From NCBI RefSeq assembly GCF_001194135.2, contig NC_068981.1:12233532-12297531 (forward strand): 64,000 bases of DNA, in the 5' to 3' direction. The position numbers and the translations under genes are program-made. The notes under the pieces were generated by a model. That model saw only the letters and a program-made list of their open reading frames with translations. It did not search any database and had not been told where the DNA came from. Position 1 is the stretch's first letter. Each line of letters begins with the position of its first letter. Origin of the DNA: Octopus bimaculoides (lineage: Eukaryota). Shown one piece after another: positions 1 through 12,267 of the stretch.

Positions 1-1454
1 GTGCTAGTTATCCTTATATATACACATTTATGCACATAGATATATATATAGTTTTCTGTATCTCCAGTCCAGTTTGATGAATTGACCTATCATTAGTTGG
101 GCACGTTCCTTGGTATTTTTATAGTTTTCATCAAATATATAATTGTCTTAAAGATATCGATATACATTTAGCATGTGTAGTTCATTTAGACCCGTCCCAT
201 GTGACAGGTCCTTTAAACATCTTATCGTAGCAGTTCAGAGCGTCATTACCATACTTTCTAGCATTTCTTTTCTTTTCTCTACAAAATAATAATAATGTTG
301 AAAACCTTAAAATAAGTTGATATACATTGATAAATTACTTTTCCTAATATCATGTTCATACATGAAAGAAACCATTTATCGATGGACATTAATAGACTTT
401 CTAACAAATGTTGTTATCGCTTGATGTATCCCTTGTGATATGGATCCGATATGCATTGAACCACACTTTGCAGTGAAACCTGAGATTTGCAGAGTATATG
501 CATCTTCCCATATTAGAACATACCTTTGAGAATGTTGCTCACTAATGCAGTTATTTATATATAAAACAACAATACGTTACCAATTTTTAAATCTCAAATA
601 TATCTAGTTCTTACATGGCAATTGACAATTTAGTTATACACACGATGATTATTTATGTTGTACTCATTCTCATAAGCTAAAACGAGTTTTGCTATATATC
701 AGCCTTCCGAATGACCTATACGATGTGCAGCTACATATTGCATAGACCTACACACGATTATTGATGATTAAATGCAAAATATATTCATATTGCAACATCA
801 TGCAATTCCTAAAATGCTAAATGTGATGAATTTATAAAATCGAAAATATATACCAATTAGAAAATAAAACCTCACACAAGACTATATAATGCGTTTTGAG
901 CAAAAATTGTGGACTCTGTATATGAGTAATCTAGTGTGTTTGTTTTAATGATCTACCAATGTATAGAGTAAGTTTCTCTGCCATACTATTATCGTCCTTT
1001 TCCTGCGGCTTACCAGAAATCCACCCCCACGTCCTCTGCTCTAATTTTCTTCTTCTGAGTGAAGATCTTCAATATTTCTTTCGCTGTTGTTTTCTCATGC
1101 ACCTCCTTAGATATCTTCGAGCTCCATTTCTGTCAGCTAGCGTTTTTTTTTATTAATAATATTATTATCAATATATTCTTGTTTGTATCACGTGCTTTCA
1201 CAGTACTACAGAGCGCAGCTCTATGTGCCTTGGGTATGTACTGTTATTTGTTTTGATGTTATTGTTACTGTACTGAAAAAGCTTACCGTAAGATGTGTGC
1301 GTGGCCAAATAGTGCTGCTTTCTGTATGCTATATATATTGGAAGGTTCTGTATACGTGATATATATTCGTAAGTCCTTACGTATTCTTTTTTTTTAACCA
1401 TACCTCATGTACTTATTACAGGAAATGCTTCTTTTTTCAGGATCAATGTTTGGG

Positions 1455-1590
1455 TTATCTATAATTCCAAATATTTGTATTTTGAGAGATTCTCCGTTTC
1501 TTGTAGAGATACATTGTCATCCGTTGGGGGTGATACATCGATTAGAAAGTACTTTTCCTTGATGATCTCTAACAGTTATATCCGATCTAC
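1455..1590 (-). mobile_element. R4/Dong-type LINE relic, restriction-like endonuclease domain fragment
   Basis: Minus-strand translation SDITVRDHQ..(frameshift)KYFLIDVS..PTDDNVSLQETENLSKYKYLEL matches the PD..D...E-K..KY pattern of RLE-clade LINEs. Confidence 0.7.
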
Positions 1591-1639
1591 TAGCCTTGAT
1601 TTATCTATCTGTGTATATTGGAATACACAGAATTTTACA

Positions 1640-1914
1640 GGAATGACCAACCATTTATTCCTTCATCTTCAGTCTTGTAATGTGTGTTTAAGGGATGGTT
1701 GCTATTTTAAGAAATAGTATGGGAGGTTGGTTGGTGGAGGGGAGTATATTGTAATATTGGATATTCCAATATACACATACAAAAAAAAATTCCTTTTGAT
1801 TCCACAATGCTCTCTTCCACCAAACAACCTTGCCCACTATTTCTAAAAATAGTAACCTTCCCTTAAACACAGATTACATGACTGAAGATGAAGGAAGAAA
1901 AGGATGGTCATTCC
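1640..1914. repeat. Foldback/MITE-like inverted repeat
   Basis: Arms 1640-1752 and 1803-1914 are reverse complements at about 80% (GGAATGACC..CCTTCATCTTCAGTC..GTGTTTAAGGGA), with a spacer of about 50 bp. Confidence 0.7.
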
Positions 1915-3076
1915 CCTAAAATACTGTATAAATACTTAAATATGATTCTTTCTGTATATATGCTTCTATCCAATCATAATTTTTAAGGAACTTAAAATAA
2001 TTATAAATTTATTTTACAACCTATTTTGAACACTTTCATGTCAACTGTTTAAATATTTTATTTTCTTATCATTGTCAAAGATTCTGTTTCTTAACATTTT
2101 CTTATTATTATCAAAAACTGCATAACTGTATTTTAATACGACTATGATAACCATCTTTTAATACAACAAAGGTTACACAAAGCTTTACATTTTACTTTAG
2201 ATAATCATTTTTTTTTAAAGTGAAACCGGTGATGTCAATAACCATCTTTAAAACACCTCTGCATATTCAAATCTTCTTTCCTATATATTTTCACTCGTGC
2301 GGTACATTGCAAGTTCACTTTGTTATATNNNNNNNNNNNNNNNNNNNNNNNNNNNNNNNNNNNNNNNNNNNNNNNNNNNNNNNNNNNNNNNNNNNNNNNN
2401 NNNNNNNNNNNNNNNNNNNNNNNNNNNNNNNNNNNNNNNNNNNNNNNNNNNNNNNNNNNNTATATATATATATATATATGAGTTTCTCATTGGGTTTATG
2501 GAAAGTTTTGTGCGAGGAGGAGTTTAGAACTTTTTTTTTTTTTTTAGTTGTTATGGTATGTGGTTTGCCTCTGAAGAATATGTCTAAGTATTCCTCAACA
2601 TATCAAAGTTTTACTAGCACTTACATATATGCATTGTGCCCTTTAAATAATCTCAATTGTTTTCAAATTAGGAAAATGATAGAAGTGTTGGGATTGACAA
2701 ACACATGTTTACATGTAACTTTATTTTCTCGACCAAACATATCAGCGCGAATATATTTTCAACAAGTAAATTCGTTTTAATCAACAACTGGTGTATGCAA
2801 CATCATAGTCGTTGTGCAATAATATTAAAAGAGGAGGAAAATTAACCTAAACAGCCGAATTAGCTAAAATGGTTAGACGATTATTGGAATTTCTCTGTAG
2901 GTATTATGCCGAAACGAAAAGTATATATTCTTCGTATATTTTCATTAATAATTCCGTTGTTAGCTTCAAATTTTATATATTATCTTAATCAATGACGTTA
3001 CCTTTTCTTACATTTGCCATGTACCCTCTTTCATCATTATTATATTAAAATTATTATTAACAAGTTTATGTGAAAT

Positions 3077-3262
3077 GGGTGACCAAGTAAAATCGTTAAC
3101 GCGGCATTTTGTCCGTCTTTACGTTCAGCGTTGACACTCTGCCATGGTCTACTTTACTTACCTTCTTCTCAGAGACGATGAAATAAGTAACAGCTAAGCA
3201 CTGGGATCGATAAAATCCACAAACACTCAACCACAACTTTTCAGGCCTTATTTTAATAAATG
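3077..3262 (+). mobile_element. Degenerate tRNA-derived SINE just downstream of GT31 copy 1
   Basis: GCATTTTGTCCGTCTTTACGTTC and CTGGGATCGAT align with the better-preserved SINE copies at 17766-17975 and 20614-20832. Confidence 0.65.
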
Positions 3263-3320
3263 ATTGTATCGGACGAGGCATATATAAAATAAAAATTATT
3301 AACGATATCCAGAAGTTCTC

Positions 3321-4535
3321 TTATTTCAAAATATTTCTCGTTGCACCGGAATGATTCATGCGTTCATTTAATATGTTCCACAGTTTGTAAAAAATTTCGG
3401 TATTAGGTATATGGTAAATAACAGTCGTTCTTTTGTTATCCTTCGAAATATCATCCAATGAACTAACAAGAAAATTATAGGCCGAATCATAATTAGTATG
3501 TTTTATACCTAGTGCATTGACTAGCATACCAGTTACATAAACATCATCTATCCAAAAGCGCGGAACTTTTAACGAAATTTTGAGTAAACGGACGGGCATG
3601 TCAGGGCTGAAGATATAAGCAGATCCCGAGCAATAAACTTCATAAGTGTTATTAGGATATTCTTCACGTGAAACATACCACTTACTATTTTTGTCTCTAA
3701 TGATTTGCATAGAATTCCATACATTACACAATATAAGTTTTTCCCGAGCATACTTGTACTGTTGTAGATATCTCAAATGTTTTACCACTTGAAAAATATC
3801 GACTAATATATCATCATCTGTTTTCATTATATATGAGATATTGTGGCAGTTTGTTGCGATCCAGCGCAACGCTACCATTGCTTTGGAATTTAAGTTTCGA
3901 TATGTGTCGTTGAATTCACTCTGTAATATGTCATTATAACGGTCAGATTCTAATTTGACCATATCCATAACGTGACGGTTTTTGACGACACCCATCACAA
4001 ATAATAACTTGATTTTCAATTTGCCCAACAGTTTTTTGTCGCCCCATGTTTTTCGTATTGCACTTCGTCGCTTAATGTTCGTTGGTGCTGTGTGAATATA
4101 AACAATCATAAAATCATCGGGGGCACATTGTAAAGATGGGTTAATGATGTGACGTGAGTAATAAGGCAGCTCTTCTTCTGACAACAACGACAATGATGAG
4201 CTGTTCCGAAGTGAATTTCGAACTTTCATAATTTCATTTTGTTTTGACTGTAAACCACCATGTACTCTTAGCGATAAAACATGTACTGATGAATTATCTT
4301 TGCTTTTCTTATTAATATTTATATTCATTGTGCTCTTGTTACCTATTGTATTATTCTTCACATTGTTCCTTTCAAACTCCTGCAGATCCTTCCACGAGAA
4401 CCAGGAAAACATTGCCGGTTTCATAACTTGTTTCGTCCTAGAAGACAGATGAATTTGAACGAAAAGTATAAAAAATGCCAGGAAGATGAGAAACCTGGAG
4501 AATGTGCGGTTTATTTTGCGTCTGCACAGCAACAT
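3321..4535 (-). CDS. GT31 family beta-1,3-glycosyltransferase (B3GALT/B3GNT/brainiac-like), copy 1, 404 aa
   Basis: Intact ORF with type II membrane topology (basic N-terminus, hydrophobic segment, stem) and GT31 motifs RRSAIRKTWG, LFVMG, DTYRNL, KTDDD (DxD), YCSGSAY, WIDDVYVTG and YHI. Donor/acceptor specificity cannot be assigned. Confidence 0.95.
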   Translation of the reverse strand: MLLCRRKINRTFSRFLIFLAFFILFVQIHLSSRTKQVMKPAMFSWFSWKDLQEFERNNVKNNTIGNKSTMNININKKSKDNSSVHVLSLRVHGGLQSKQNEIMKVRNSLRNSSSLSLLSEEELPYYSRHIINPSLQCAPDDFMIVYIHTAPTNIKRRSAIRKTWGDKKLLGKLKIKLLFVMGVVKNRHVMDMVKLESDRYNDILQSEFNDTYRNLNSKAMVALRWIATNCHNISYIMKTDDDILVDIFQVVKHLRYLQQYKYAREKLILCNVWNSMQIIRDKNSKWYVSREEYPNNTYEVYCSGSAYIFSPDMPVRLLKISLKVPRFWIDDVYVTGMLVNALGIKHTNYDSAYNFLVSSLDDISKDNKRTTVIYHIPNTEIFYKLWNILNERMNHSGATRNILK

Positions 4536-4578
4536 TGCGGCCGTTTTTAGAAAGATTCACTTCAAATTCCAGCCTGAT

Positions 4579-4612
4579 CTGTAATAACGAAATAAGAATA
4601 TTAGAGAAAAAA
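4579..4612 (-). promoter_or_regulatory. Splice acceptor upstream of the GT31 copy 1 coding exon
   Basis: Minus strand reads TTTTTTCTCTAATATTCTTATTTCGTTATTACAG; the AG is at 4580-4579, 44 nt before the ATG. The site is conserved in copy 2, implying an upstream non-coding exon. Confidence 0.7.
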
Positions 4613-4818
4613 GTAAATCAATATTTTCGGGTGTACGTATAAATAGATATATACTTGTATATATACGTATAGGTACATAGATGAAACCATACATGCATAC
4701 ATACACGCACGCATAGATACACGCACGCATACATATATATTTGTTAAACTGGCCAAATCTCCAAAGTCGATGTCAATCATATTCTTGTTTAAGGAAAGTA
4801 AAATTAGATATGTTTATA

Positions 4819-5725
4819 CGAGGTGGTATCAACAATTTTCCACACTAGTTAAATTTCATAAAAAATATATTATTTACGTAACTTTTAACATCATCTCCTT
4901 CGAAGTAGTCGACTTCTAAATAATCACACTGACCCCAGCGTTCCTGCCACTTTTGGAATTCGTCCTTGTTTTCCGTAAGTGAATCGAGAGCCTGCTGCGA
5001 TTCAGTCTGGATCACGACAACGGTGTTAAAATGGCAACCTTTGAGCTGCATTTTTATCGTGGGGAAGTGATGGAAATCTGCAAAGTGCTACATCTGGTGA
5101 ATAAGGAATAGCGGAATCGATACGTTTTGTTTTTTGCGAGAAACTCACGACGGAGAAGAACTCGTGACAGGGTGAATTGTCGCAGTGAAAAGACGGGTTC
5201 TTCACGCTCCACGGATCCGTTCGCTTCTGCCCAATGTCCTCTCTATAACGCTTCCAAATGCCAACATAGAATTCTCGATTGACAGTCTGATACTGGGAGA
5301 GAAATTCTCGAAACACAATACCACATTTCCGGGAGCGACGCTCGTGTCTGGTCTTCCATATTGCTCATCGTCTTCCAGGAATGTTCTTCCACTTCTAAAG
5401 CGTCAGTGCCGCACGAGACATTACGTACGACACAATGACTCGTCACGGTAAATTTAGCGACCCATTGCTCAATGTCTTTGTAGCAGACGTACCGAATTTA
5501 ACTAAAACTTTCACGTTGGCTCTTTGTTCCAACTTCCTGTCCATGATATAATCGTAGACGACAACATACACGTGATCACAAAAACCACAAATGTCACAAC
5601 TCGGGAAGTAAAAAGAGCGATGAAACTCGATATACTTTAGCGGGAAGGTGATTGCTAACTCTCACTCACGCATAGAATCGTGTACTGCCGTCTGTTGGCG
5701 TGTTATGGAACTAGTACGGCTTCTG
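4819..5725 (-). mobile_element. Mariner (Tc1/mariner) relic with internal deletions
   Basis: Fragments MDRKLEQRANVK (ATG near 5544), PHDKNA, PYSPDVALC and HFNTVVVIQTESQQALDSLTEN..KWQERW..DYFEGD; TA followed by CGAGGTGGTATCAACAATTTTCCACACTAG at 4817-4848 looks like a terminal inverted repeat. Confidence 0.85.
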
Positions 5726-5737
5726 CGTGTGTGCACG

Positions 5738-5783
<46 letters not shown>

Positions 5784-5818
5784 CACACACACACTAACAC
5801 ACACACACGCACACACAT
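5726..5818. repeat. (CA)n microsatellite
   Basis: Directly visible run. Confidence 0.95.
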
Positions 5819-6423
5819 ATGTTTAATATGAATAGATTGTGGAGTTGTGTACCGTAGTGGCTCTTAGTCAGATTTCATGTTGCGTCTAACCGTATCATTT
5901 ACTATTAAACACCAGTGATCGCTTAGCATGAGTAATCCCGATGTAATCCTCCAGTTTCGATTCGCTGGATTATGAATAATATAAAGATGTAAATTTCAGA
6001 CAATTATAAACAATGCGGAGGTTGGTGCATCGTCAATTTTTTTGTTCTCAATTTTACAGTCAGTCATACAGCAGAATTAGTTGGTTAGATTGACCGACAC
6101 GTAGTCCTGTTGCACAGAACATGTGCAACAGAACTACGAGTTGTACAAGTAACTCAGCACTGTCCACCATGCACCTGAATCTTTCGACAAGTTTGGTTTT
6201 CGATTCAAGCCACTCTTTTTGAATGAAGGGGCACAGCATACTATGGTATGTTTCCTGCGTTACTGCAATAAAGCTGAGGGGTAGCGACAGAAAGGGTCTG
6301 AAAACTGGAAACACTCTGGGGAGCAGAAACACGTGGGGGTCAATCATTTATATTATATGACCAACAGTAAAACTAAAAAAAGGGTTGACGAAGTACCACC
6401 TCCGCATTTTTTGTTATTGTTTT

Positions 6424-6470
<47 letters not shown>

Positions 6471-8081
6471 NNNNNNNNNNNNNNNNNNNNNNNNNNNNNN
6501 NNNNNNNNNNNNNNNNNNNNNNNNNNNNNNNNNNNNNNNNNNNNNNNNNNNNNNNNNNNNNNNNNNNNNNNNNNNNNNNNNNNNNNNNNNNNNNNNNNNN
6601 NNNNNNNNNNNNNNNNNNNNNNNNNNNNNNNNNNNNNNNNNNNNNNNNNNNNNNNNNNNNNNNNNNNNNNNNNNNNNNNNNNNNNNNNNNNNNNNNNNNN
6701 NNNNNNNNNNNNNNNNNNNNNNNNNNNNNNNNNNNNNNNNNNNNNNNNNNNNNNNNNNNNNNNNNNNNNNNNNNNNNNNNNNNNNNNNNNNNNNNNNNNN
6801 NNNNNNNNNNNNNNNNNNNNNNNNNNNNNNNNNNNNNNNNNNNNNNNNNNNNNNNNNNNNNNNNNNNNNNNNNNNNNNNNNNNNNNNNNNNNNNNNNNNN
6901 NNNNNNNNNNNNNNNNNNNNNNNNNNNNNNNNNNNNNNNNNNNNNNNNNNNNNNNNNNNNNNNNNNNNNNNNNNNNNNNNNNNNNNNTAGGAAGTCATTT
7001 TGTAGATGTGTGTAAATACAAGAGTAGGAGATGAAGAAAAATACCATCTTGACTGGGCTGTTAATCAACAGTCTAGTGAATCAAACTGGAATTTAATTTC
7101 TATATATTCTAATTGGTAGGGGTAAGATAGCAGTAATTTCAATTTAGAGGAATGTAGATTAAGTAGTATGGGACAGCAGGTTAGGGGTAAATCAAGCAAG
7201 AGAAGAAAAAAAGAAAAAAGAGATAAGAAAAAAGAACAAATATATATAGAAATAAAAATGAAAATGGAAGGACAATATCCTAAGGAGTGGCTAGAGGAAA
7301 TTTAAGGTAAGGGAACTTAGGTCAAGATATTGGAGATTCATTATTAAGAATATATCTATTCGTCAGTGTATTTAGAATAATACAACAAAACACTAAAGTA
7401 CTAAATTTAAAACCATAGAGAACATTATTCGCTGTGTATATCGATTCACCATACCAACATGGTCCCACTCGCTACCCCTAAATATACACATGTAACTCAC
7501 AAGAAGAGAATAAAAAAAACCAGGAGAATAAGAAGCTACGTAATCAGAAATTTGTTAATTTTAATCATATTGAGGTTTTATGGAACTCCTTAATGCCCTA
7601 CGATAGAAAGAGTAGTAACGAAACCTATCTTTTGTTGTGCTCTAACTTTTTCTATTTCTTTTGTTTAATAAAAACGCAATATGGCTGAACGTTCATCAAA
7701 TATATTTGCTAAATCTTTATCGAATATTGAAACTTCTGTTACTGTCTCTCTCTCTCTGTGCAACTCAATGAAAGTTTTCTGAATATTTGAATATATGATC
7801 GTTGCAACATATTTTCCAGAATTGTTTTTTTGTAATTTTACAGTCTCTTAAATCCTATATTTCATTATATTATGTTATATTCTAATCAGCAACAAATCAT
7901 CGAAACGGGTTTGATATTTGAATAAATCTGTTACAGAATTTAAGTCACAAAATGCTGTTTTTCACGTGCAAATTCAGAACTCAAAACATATTCTCATATA
8001 TGTATATATATATATGTACTTATTTTATCTTTTACTTGTTTCATATTTGCATATACATACACACACGCACACATATATATA

Positions 8082-8126
<45 letters not shown>

Positions 8127-8136
8127 GTGCATATAT

Positions 8137-8340
8137 CGTCACTTCCCGATCCACCACAGGCGACGCGACGTCACCGAATGACCGGTGCCGTGTCCGTCCC
8201 GCTCGCCCGCGACGGAACCGTGGCTTCAACTCCGGGTGTCGTGGCGGTGGTGCCCGCAATCTCCGCGCGCTCGCAATCCCGGCATCGTCGCTTTGGCGCT
8301 TCGGTGGCCGACAACACCTTTTCGGTAAATTGTCGGCATT
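8137..8340. other. CpG-rich GC island of about 200 bp, probably a young repeat
   Basis: About 30 CpG dinucleotides in about 200 bp within AT-rich flanks; no recognisable protein in any frame. Confidence 0.6.
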
Positions 8341-8399
8341 TTATATTTTTTATTTCGAGCATGCCCATTGTTTGTTACTGATTTGTCGACTATATAGTA

Positions 8400-9562
8400 T
8401 AGTAGGGTACAATTTGTAAGAAAAACAGTACCATTACGCAGTTCACTATAAATTTGGAAACGACATGTTATACCGCTTGGCATTTGCACAAGAAACCCCT
8501 ATACCAACATTTCGGAGTATTTGGTTGTCAATCTGAGGACAGTGTAGAGTATTTAGAAAGGGTTGGATGAGTCAAATTGTGATTGCTAAGAGTGCAGCAG
8601 CTCGGAGAATTGAATCCGAGTGTTCTGATCAGAAAAGTATTAATGAATTTGTTGGTGAGACCCAGGCCATGATTAACAACAATCCCTCCAAGTTAATCAG
8701 GCCCATCACCACGGAAATGGGAGTGTCTGAATTTCTTATCAGGCAGGTAATGCATGAAGACATTCGGTATTCCTCATGCAAGTTGAGAAAAAGGGTCAAT
8801 TTTTATCGCACATCATCAAGGAAATGAGGAAACACCACGCTACGAAGCTTTTGAACAAATTTAAACATCCCCGCAAGACTTTGGTTTTTCTTAGAGGAGG
8901 AGAATTTACGCCAGGATCAGATGGTGAACAACAGAACAAACGTTGGCTTAACGTGTCCGCAAAACATGTACCGAGAGTGATGAAAATCAAGCATCCAGTC
9001 GTCCCCATGTCGTTTCTAGTGATCATTAGTGATGGAGATGTTATGCCTCCATTCAATATCCCCACACGGCCTCAGACACAACTCGGAGGCCTATATGAAT
9101 TGCCATGAGGTAGTAGAGCTGGTCTGGGTCAAGAAGGTGGCTACTGGATGACTATATGCAGGAGAACCCAGCCATGTCTGTCAGACAATTGATGCGACCA
9201 CATCACCCCTAACACTTGGCCACCCAACTCACCAGATTTCAATGCCCTTGATTATTAGGTGTGCGGTGCAGCTAGGTGAGAGACAAACAAAACTCTTTGT
9301 AACACCAAAGATGAATTGAAGAAAAACATTACAGCCCAATTCAACAACTTATACAAGGAGAGCGTCCATAAGAACAGCAGGAGATTCCGAAGTCGTTTGG
9401 AGACAATGGTCAAAGCTAAAGCTAAGAGGATTTTATTGAATAAATTTACTCTTTAGTACTTCAATAAACTTTTAGGTAACTTTTGTAAATATATCTGTTA
9501 ATATGAAATGTCAAATTTATTTTCATTTTGCGTAATTTAGACGACAATTTATTCACCGTATC

Positions 9563-9564
<2 letters not shown>
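8400..9564 (+). mobile_element. maT (DD37D-like) Tc1/mariner transposon relic
   Basis: KLLNKFKHP, NKRWL, VMKIKHPV, SDGDVMPPF and TWPPNSPDFNALDY fragments; 3' terminal sequence GCGTAATTTAGACGACAATTTATTCACCG ends at a TA run. The left boundary is approximate. Confidence 0.85.
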
Positions 9565-9614
<50 letters not shown>

Positions 9615-10099
9615 GGGGCGTATGTGTATGTGCGTATGTGTATTGTGTATGTGTGTGTGTGTGTGTGTGTCCTGAAAATATGAGAAGCAGAAGTTGTAGT
9701 TAGTCAGGCACTTACTTGAGAACGATCATTTCCACACTCATGCATCCATACTTGACAGGTGTGATAGTTTACGAACAATTACAATGCATCTCCACAGATG
9801 ACGCTTCAAAAACTAATCTGTTTTCACGGGCGTTTCCCTTACTTATATAAACATTACATTTTGATAAGCGTAGCGTATTCTCCGTTGCCAAGCATAAACT
9901 GAGGTATAATGAAAGTATCTATGAATCACAAGCTCTAAAATTAAGTAAATATGAATAAAAGAAACAAAAAGTAAAAACAAAATAGAATGATAAGATAAAA
10001 TTAAATAGTATCATCGTTTACACTGATATATAATTTGAATTATATCTATAGACCATGTCTATGTTTCACAAACTTGATGCAGCTAGCACGGTAACTACG

Positions 10100-10520
10100 C
10101 CGATAAATGGAGTCAAGACTGCCTCATATACAAATATGCAGAGAAAAATCAAAATGTCCTTTGATGAATCTCTGTATGAGGAGAAATCATATATATAAAG
10201 GGGAGGGCCCTATGTTTACATTGGGTAGACGGCTGATTCATTTAAGAATCGTTATCGTAGCCATGCTGCCAACTGTAAAACAATCAATAAGAGACATTCA
10301 ACATCATTGGCATATTTTTATGGTGACTGAAGGAGGATAAAACGAAGTACAGTATTATTTGGTACATAGTAAGGTATGCGAAACCATACAATATAATTTC
10401 CAGGAGATGCCGTCTCTGCTCCGAGGAATCCCTGTCTATTCTGTGGACTAACGGGAAGATAATTAATAGAATTTCTGAACGACTTTCGAGATGCCTTCAC
10501 GCATATAAATGTACTTTCGT
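10100..10520 (+). mobile_element. Penelope-like element, GIY-YIG endonuclease relic
   Basis: KCPLMNLC, YVYIG*TADSFKNRYRSH, HSTSLAYFLW*LK, KPYNIISRRCRLCSEE and RCLH, with stops and frameshifts. Confidence 0.8.
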
Positions 10521-11429
10521 ACATTGCAGTGAGAATGAATTTTTTAAACCGTTAACTTAATTTCCTTTAAGTTATGGATGATTTACGTTCACTTTTAACC
10601 GCTCCATTCTTATAAACACCAAGTAGATAACTAACTCGCTTTGTGATCATGAGTGCAGCAAATCTCACGTGTACGTATGCTCACATTTTTGCGGATGCTC
10701 GGATGAGCGAGTGTACTCGCACAATGCAGCTTGCCCCAGGGCGTTTATATTTCCGTATCTGTTAACGGCTATTTTAATACTTTTCTCGCTGGATTGCGTG
10801 TTCGTTTCTCTTTTTGTCATCTGCGATTTTATTTTTGATCTTCTCTATGAATGAAGATATTTCATCCGTCTGGCTGTTTTTTTTCTTTCTACAAAACGGA
10901 GAGTTTCATTGCGGAACAGTCATTTTTAACGGATTGTATTTATGTATCATCCAACAAGGTAGCCCTGCACCACCGAATGCTTCTGAACCAGTTGTTGAGT
11001 ATCCCAAACCAAGAGCAGTCAATGCAAGATGTATCGAAACAATTGTGATTAATACAAAATTCTCGTATAGTCAATCTTCTTTCTTTCATAGACATGAAAA
11101 TATAAATATTATTAAAATGATATTAATATCCAGCAAGAATAAAGCATCATATAAGTAGAATTATAAATATATATATATATTATATATATTATAAAAAATA
11201 TTTTACTGTTATTTAATTTCTGAACGGTTTTACTGTCGTTTGTTTATGTAGTTTGATTTCTTTATCTATTAGTTTCTGCTAACATCGAGACGCGAGAAAA
11301 ATTAATAACAGACAAGCGAAAATAAAATTCTGGAAGCAACCTAAAGGGAGAATATTGAGAAAGACACGAAAGTGGACGTAATATCGTAATCATGTGAAGT
11401 AAATATAACAAATAATCCAGAGTCTTTGT

Positions 11430-11603
11430 CCGGTGCCGGATCGATCCCAACATTTAATCAATTCGTGCCAGTCACAACGCCAAACAGTCTTGAAAGTTTC
11501 ATCGCAATCCATTCTGCAGTTCTTGAGATATGTTGTGCATGGGCAAACAAACAAAAAAGACACGAGTGAAAACAATATTTCGCTTTCGCTAAGACAAGGT
11601 AAT
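11430..11603 (-). mobile_element. Helentron-associated (HINE-like) non-autonomous element
   Basis: Minus strand ATTACCTTG..GTTTTCA..TGTTTGTTTG..ATATCTCAAGAAC..GATGAAACTT..GGGATCGATCCGG resembles the Helentron/HINE terminal layout (recalled pattern, not searched). Confidence 0.4.
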
Positions 11604-11724
11604 ATGTAAAAACAGAATGAATATATAATAAATATGGTAGAACTAAAGCAAAAATTAAATAGAATGTACGAAAGTGCAATAAACTGAAGTAAATCTATGT
11701 ATATATGCGTATATATATGTGTGC

Positions 11725-11764
<40 letters not shown>

Positions 11765-12267
11765 NNNNNNNNNNNNNNNNNNNNNNNNNNNNNNNNNNNN
11801 NNNNNNNNNNNNNNNNNNNNNNNNNNNNNNNNNNNNNNNNNNNNNNNNNNNNNNNNNNNNNNNNNNNNNNNNNNNNNNNNNNNNNNNNNNNNNNNNNNNN
11901 NNNNNNNNNNNNNNNNNNNNNNNNNNNNNNNNNNNNNNNNNNNNNNNNNNNNNNNNNNNNNNNNNNNNNNNNNNNNNNNNNNNNNNNNNNNNNNNNNNNN
12001 NNNNNNNNNNNNNNNNNNNNNNNNNNNNNNNNNNNNNNNNNNNNNNNNNNNNNNNNNNNNNNNNNNNNNNNNNNNNNNNNNNNNNNNNNNNNNNNNNNNN
12101 NNNNNNNNNNNNNNNNNNNNNNNNNNNNNNNNNNNNNNNNNNNNNNNNNNNNNNNNNNNNNNNNNNNNNNNNNNNNNNNNNNNNNNNNNNNNNNNNNNNN
12201 NNNNNNNNNNNNNNNNNNNNNNNNNNNNNNNNNNNNNNNNNNNNNNNNNNNNNNNNNNNNNNNNNNN

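Noticed and set aside
1010-1135. Minus-strand open stretch KWSSKISKEVHEK..DFW with a GTAAG donor
   Set aside because: No polypyrimidine acceptor and flanked by stops; more likely a LINE remnant.
3321-4535. Assigning a specific symbol such as B3GALT1 or B3GNT2
   Set aside because: The motifs place it in GT31, but the DDVY-type motif is shared by several subfamilies; orthology needs a phylogeny.
6060-6347. 95-aa minus-strand ORF
   Set aside because: No recognisable domain; its length is within chance expectation.
7590-7635. CTAC/GTAG hairpin followed by GAAACC
   Set aside because: The core is too degenerate (TTAATGC) to support a call.
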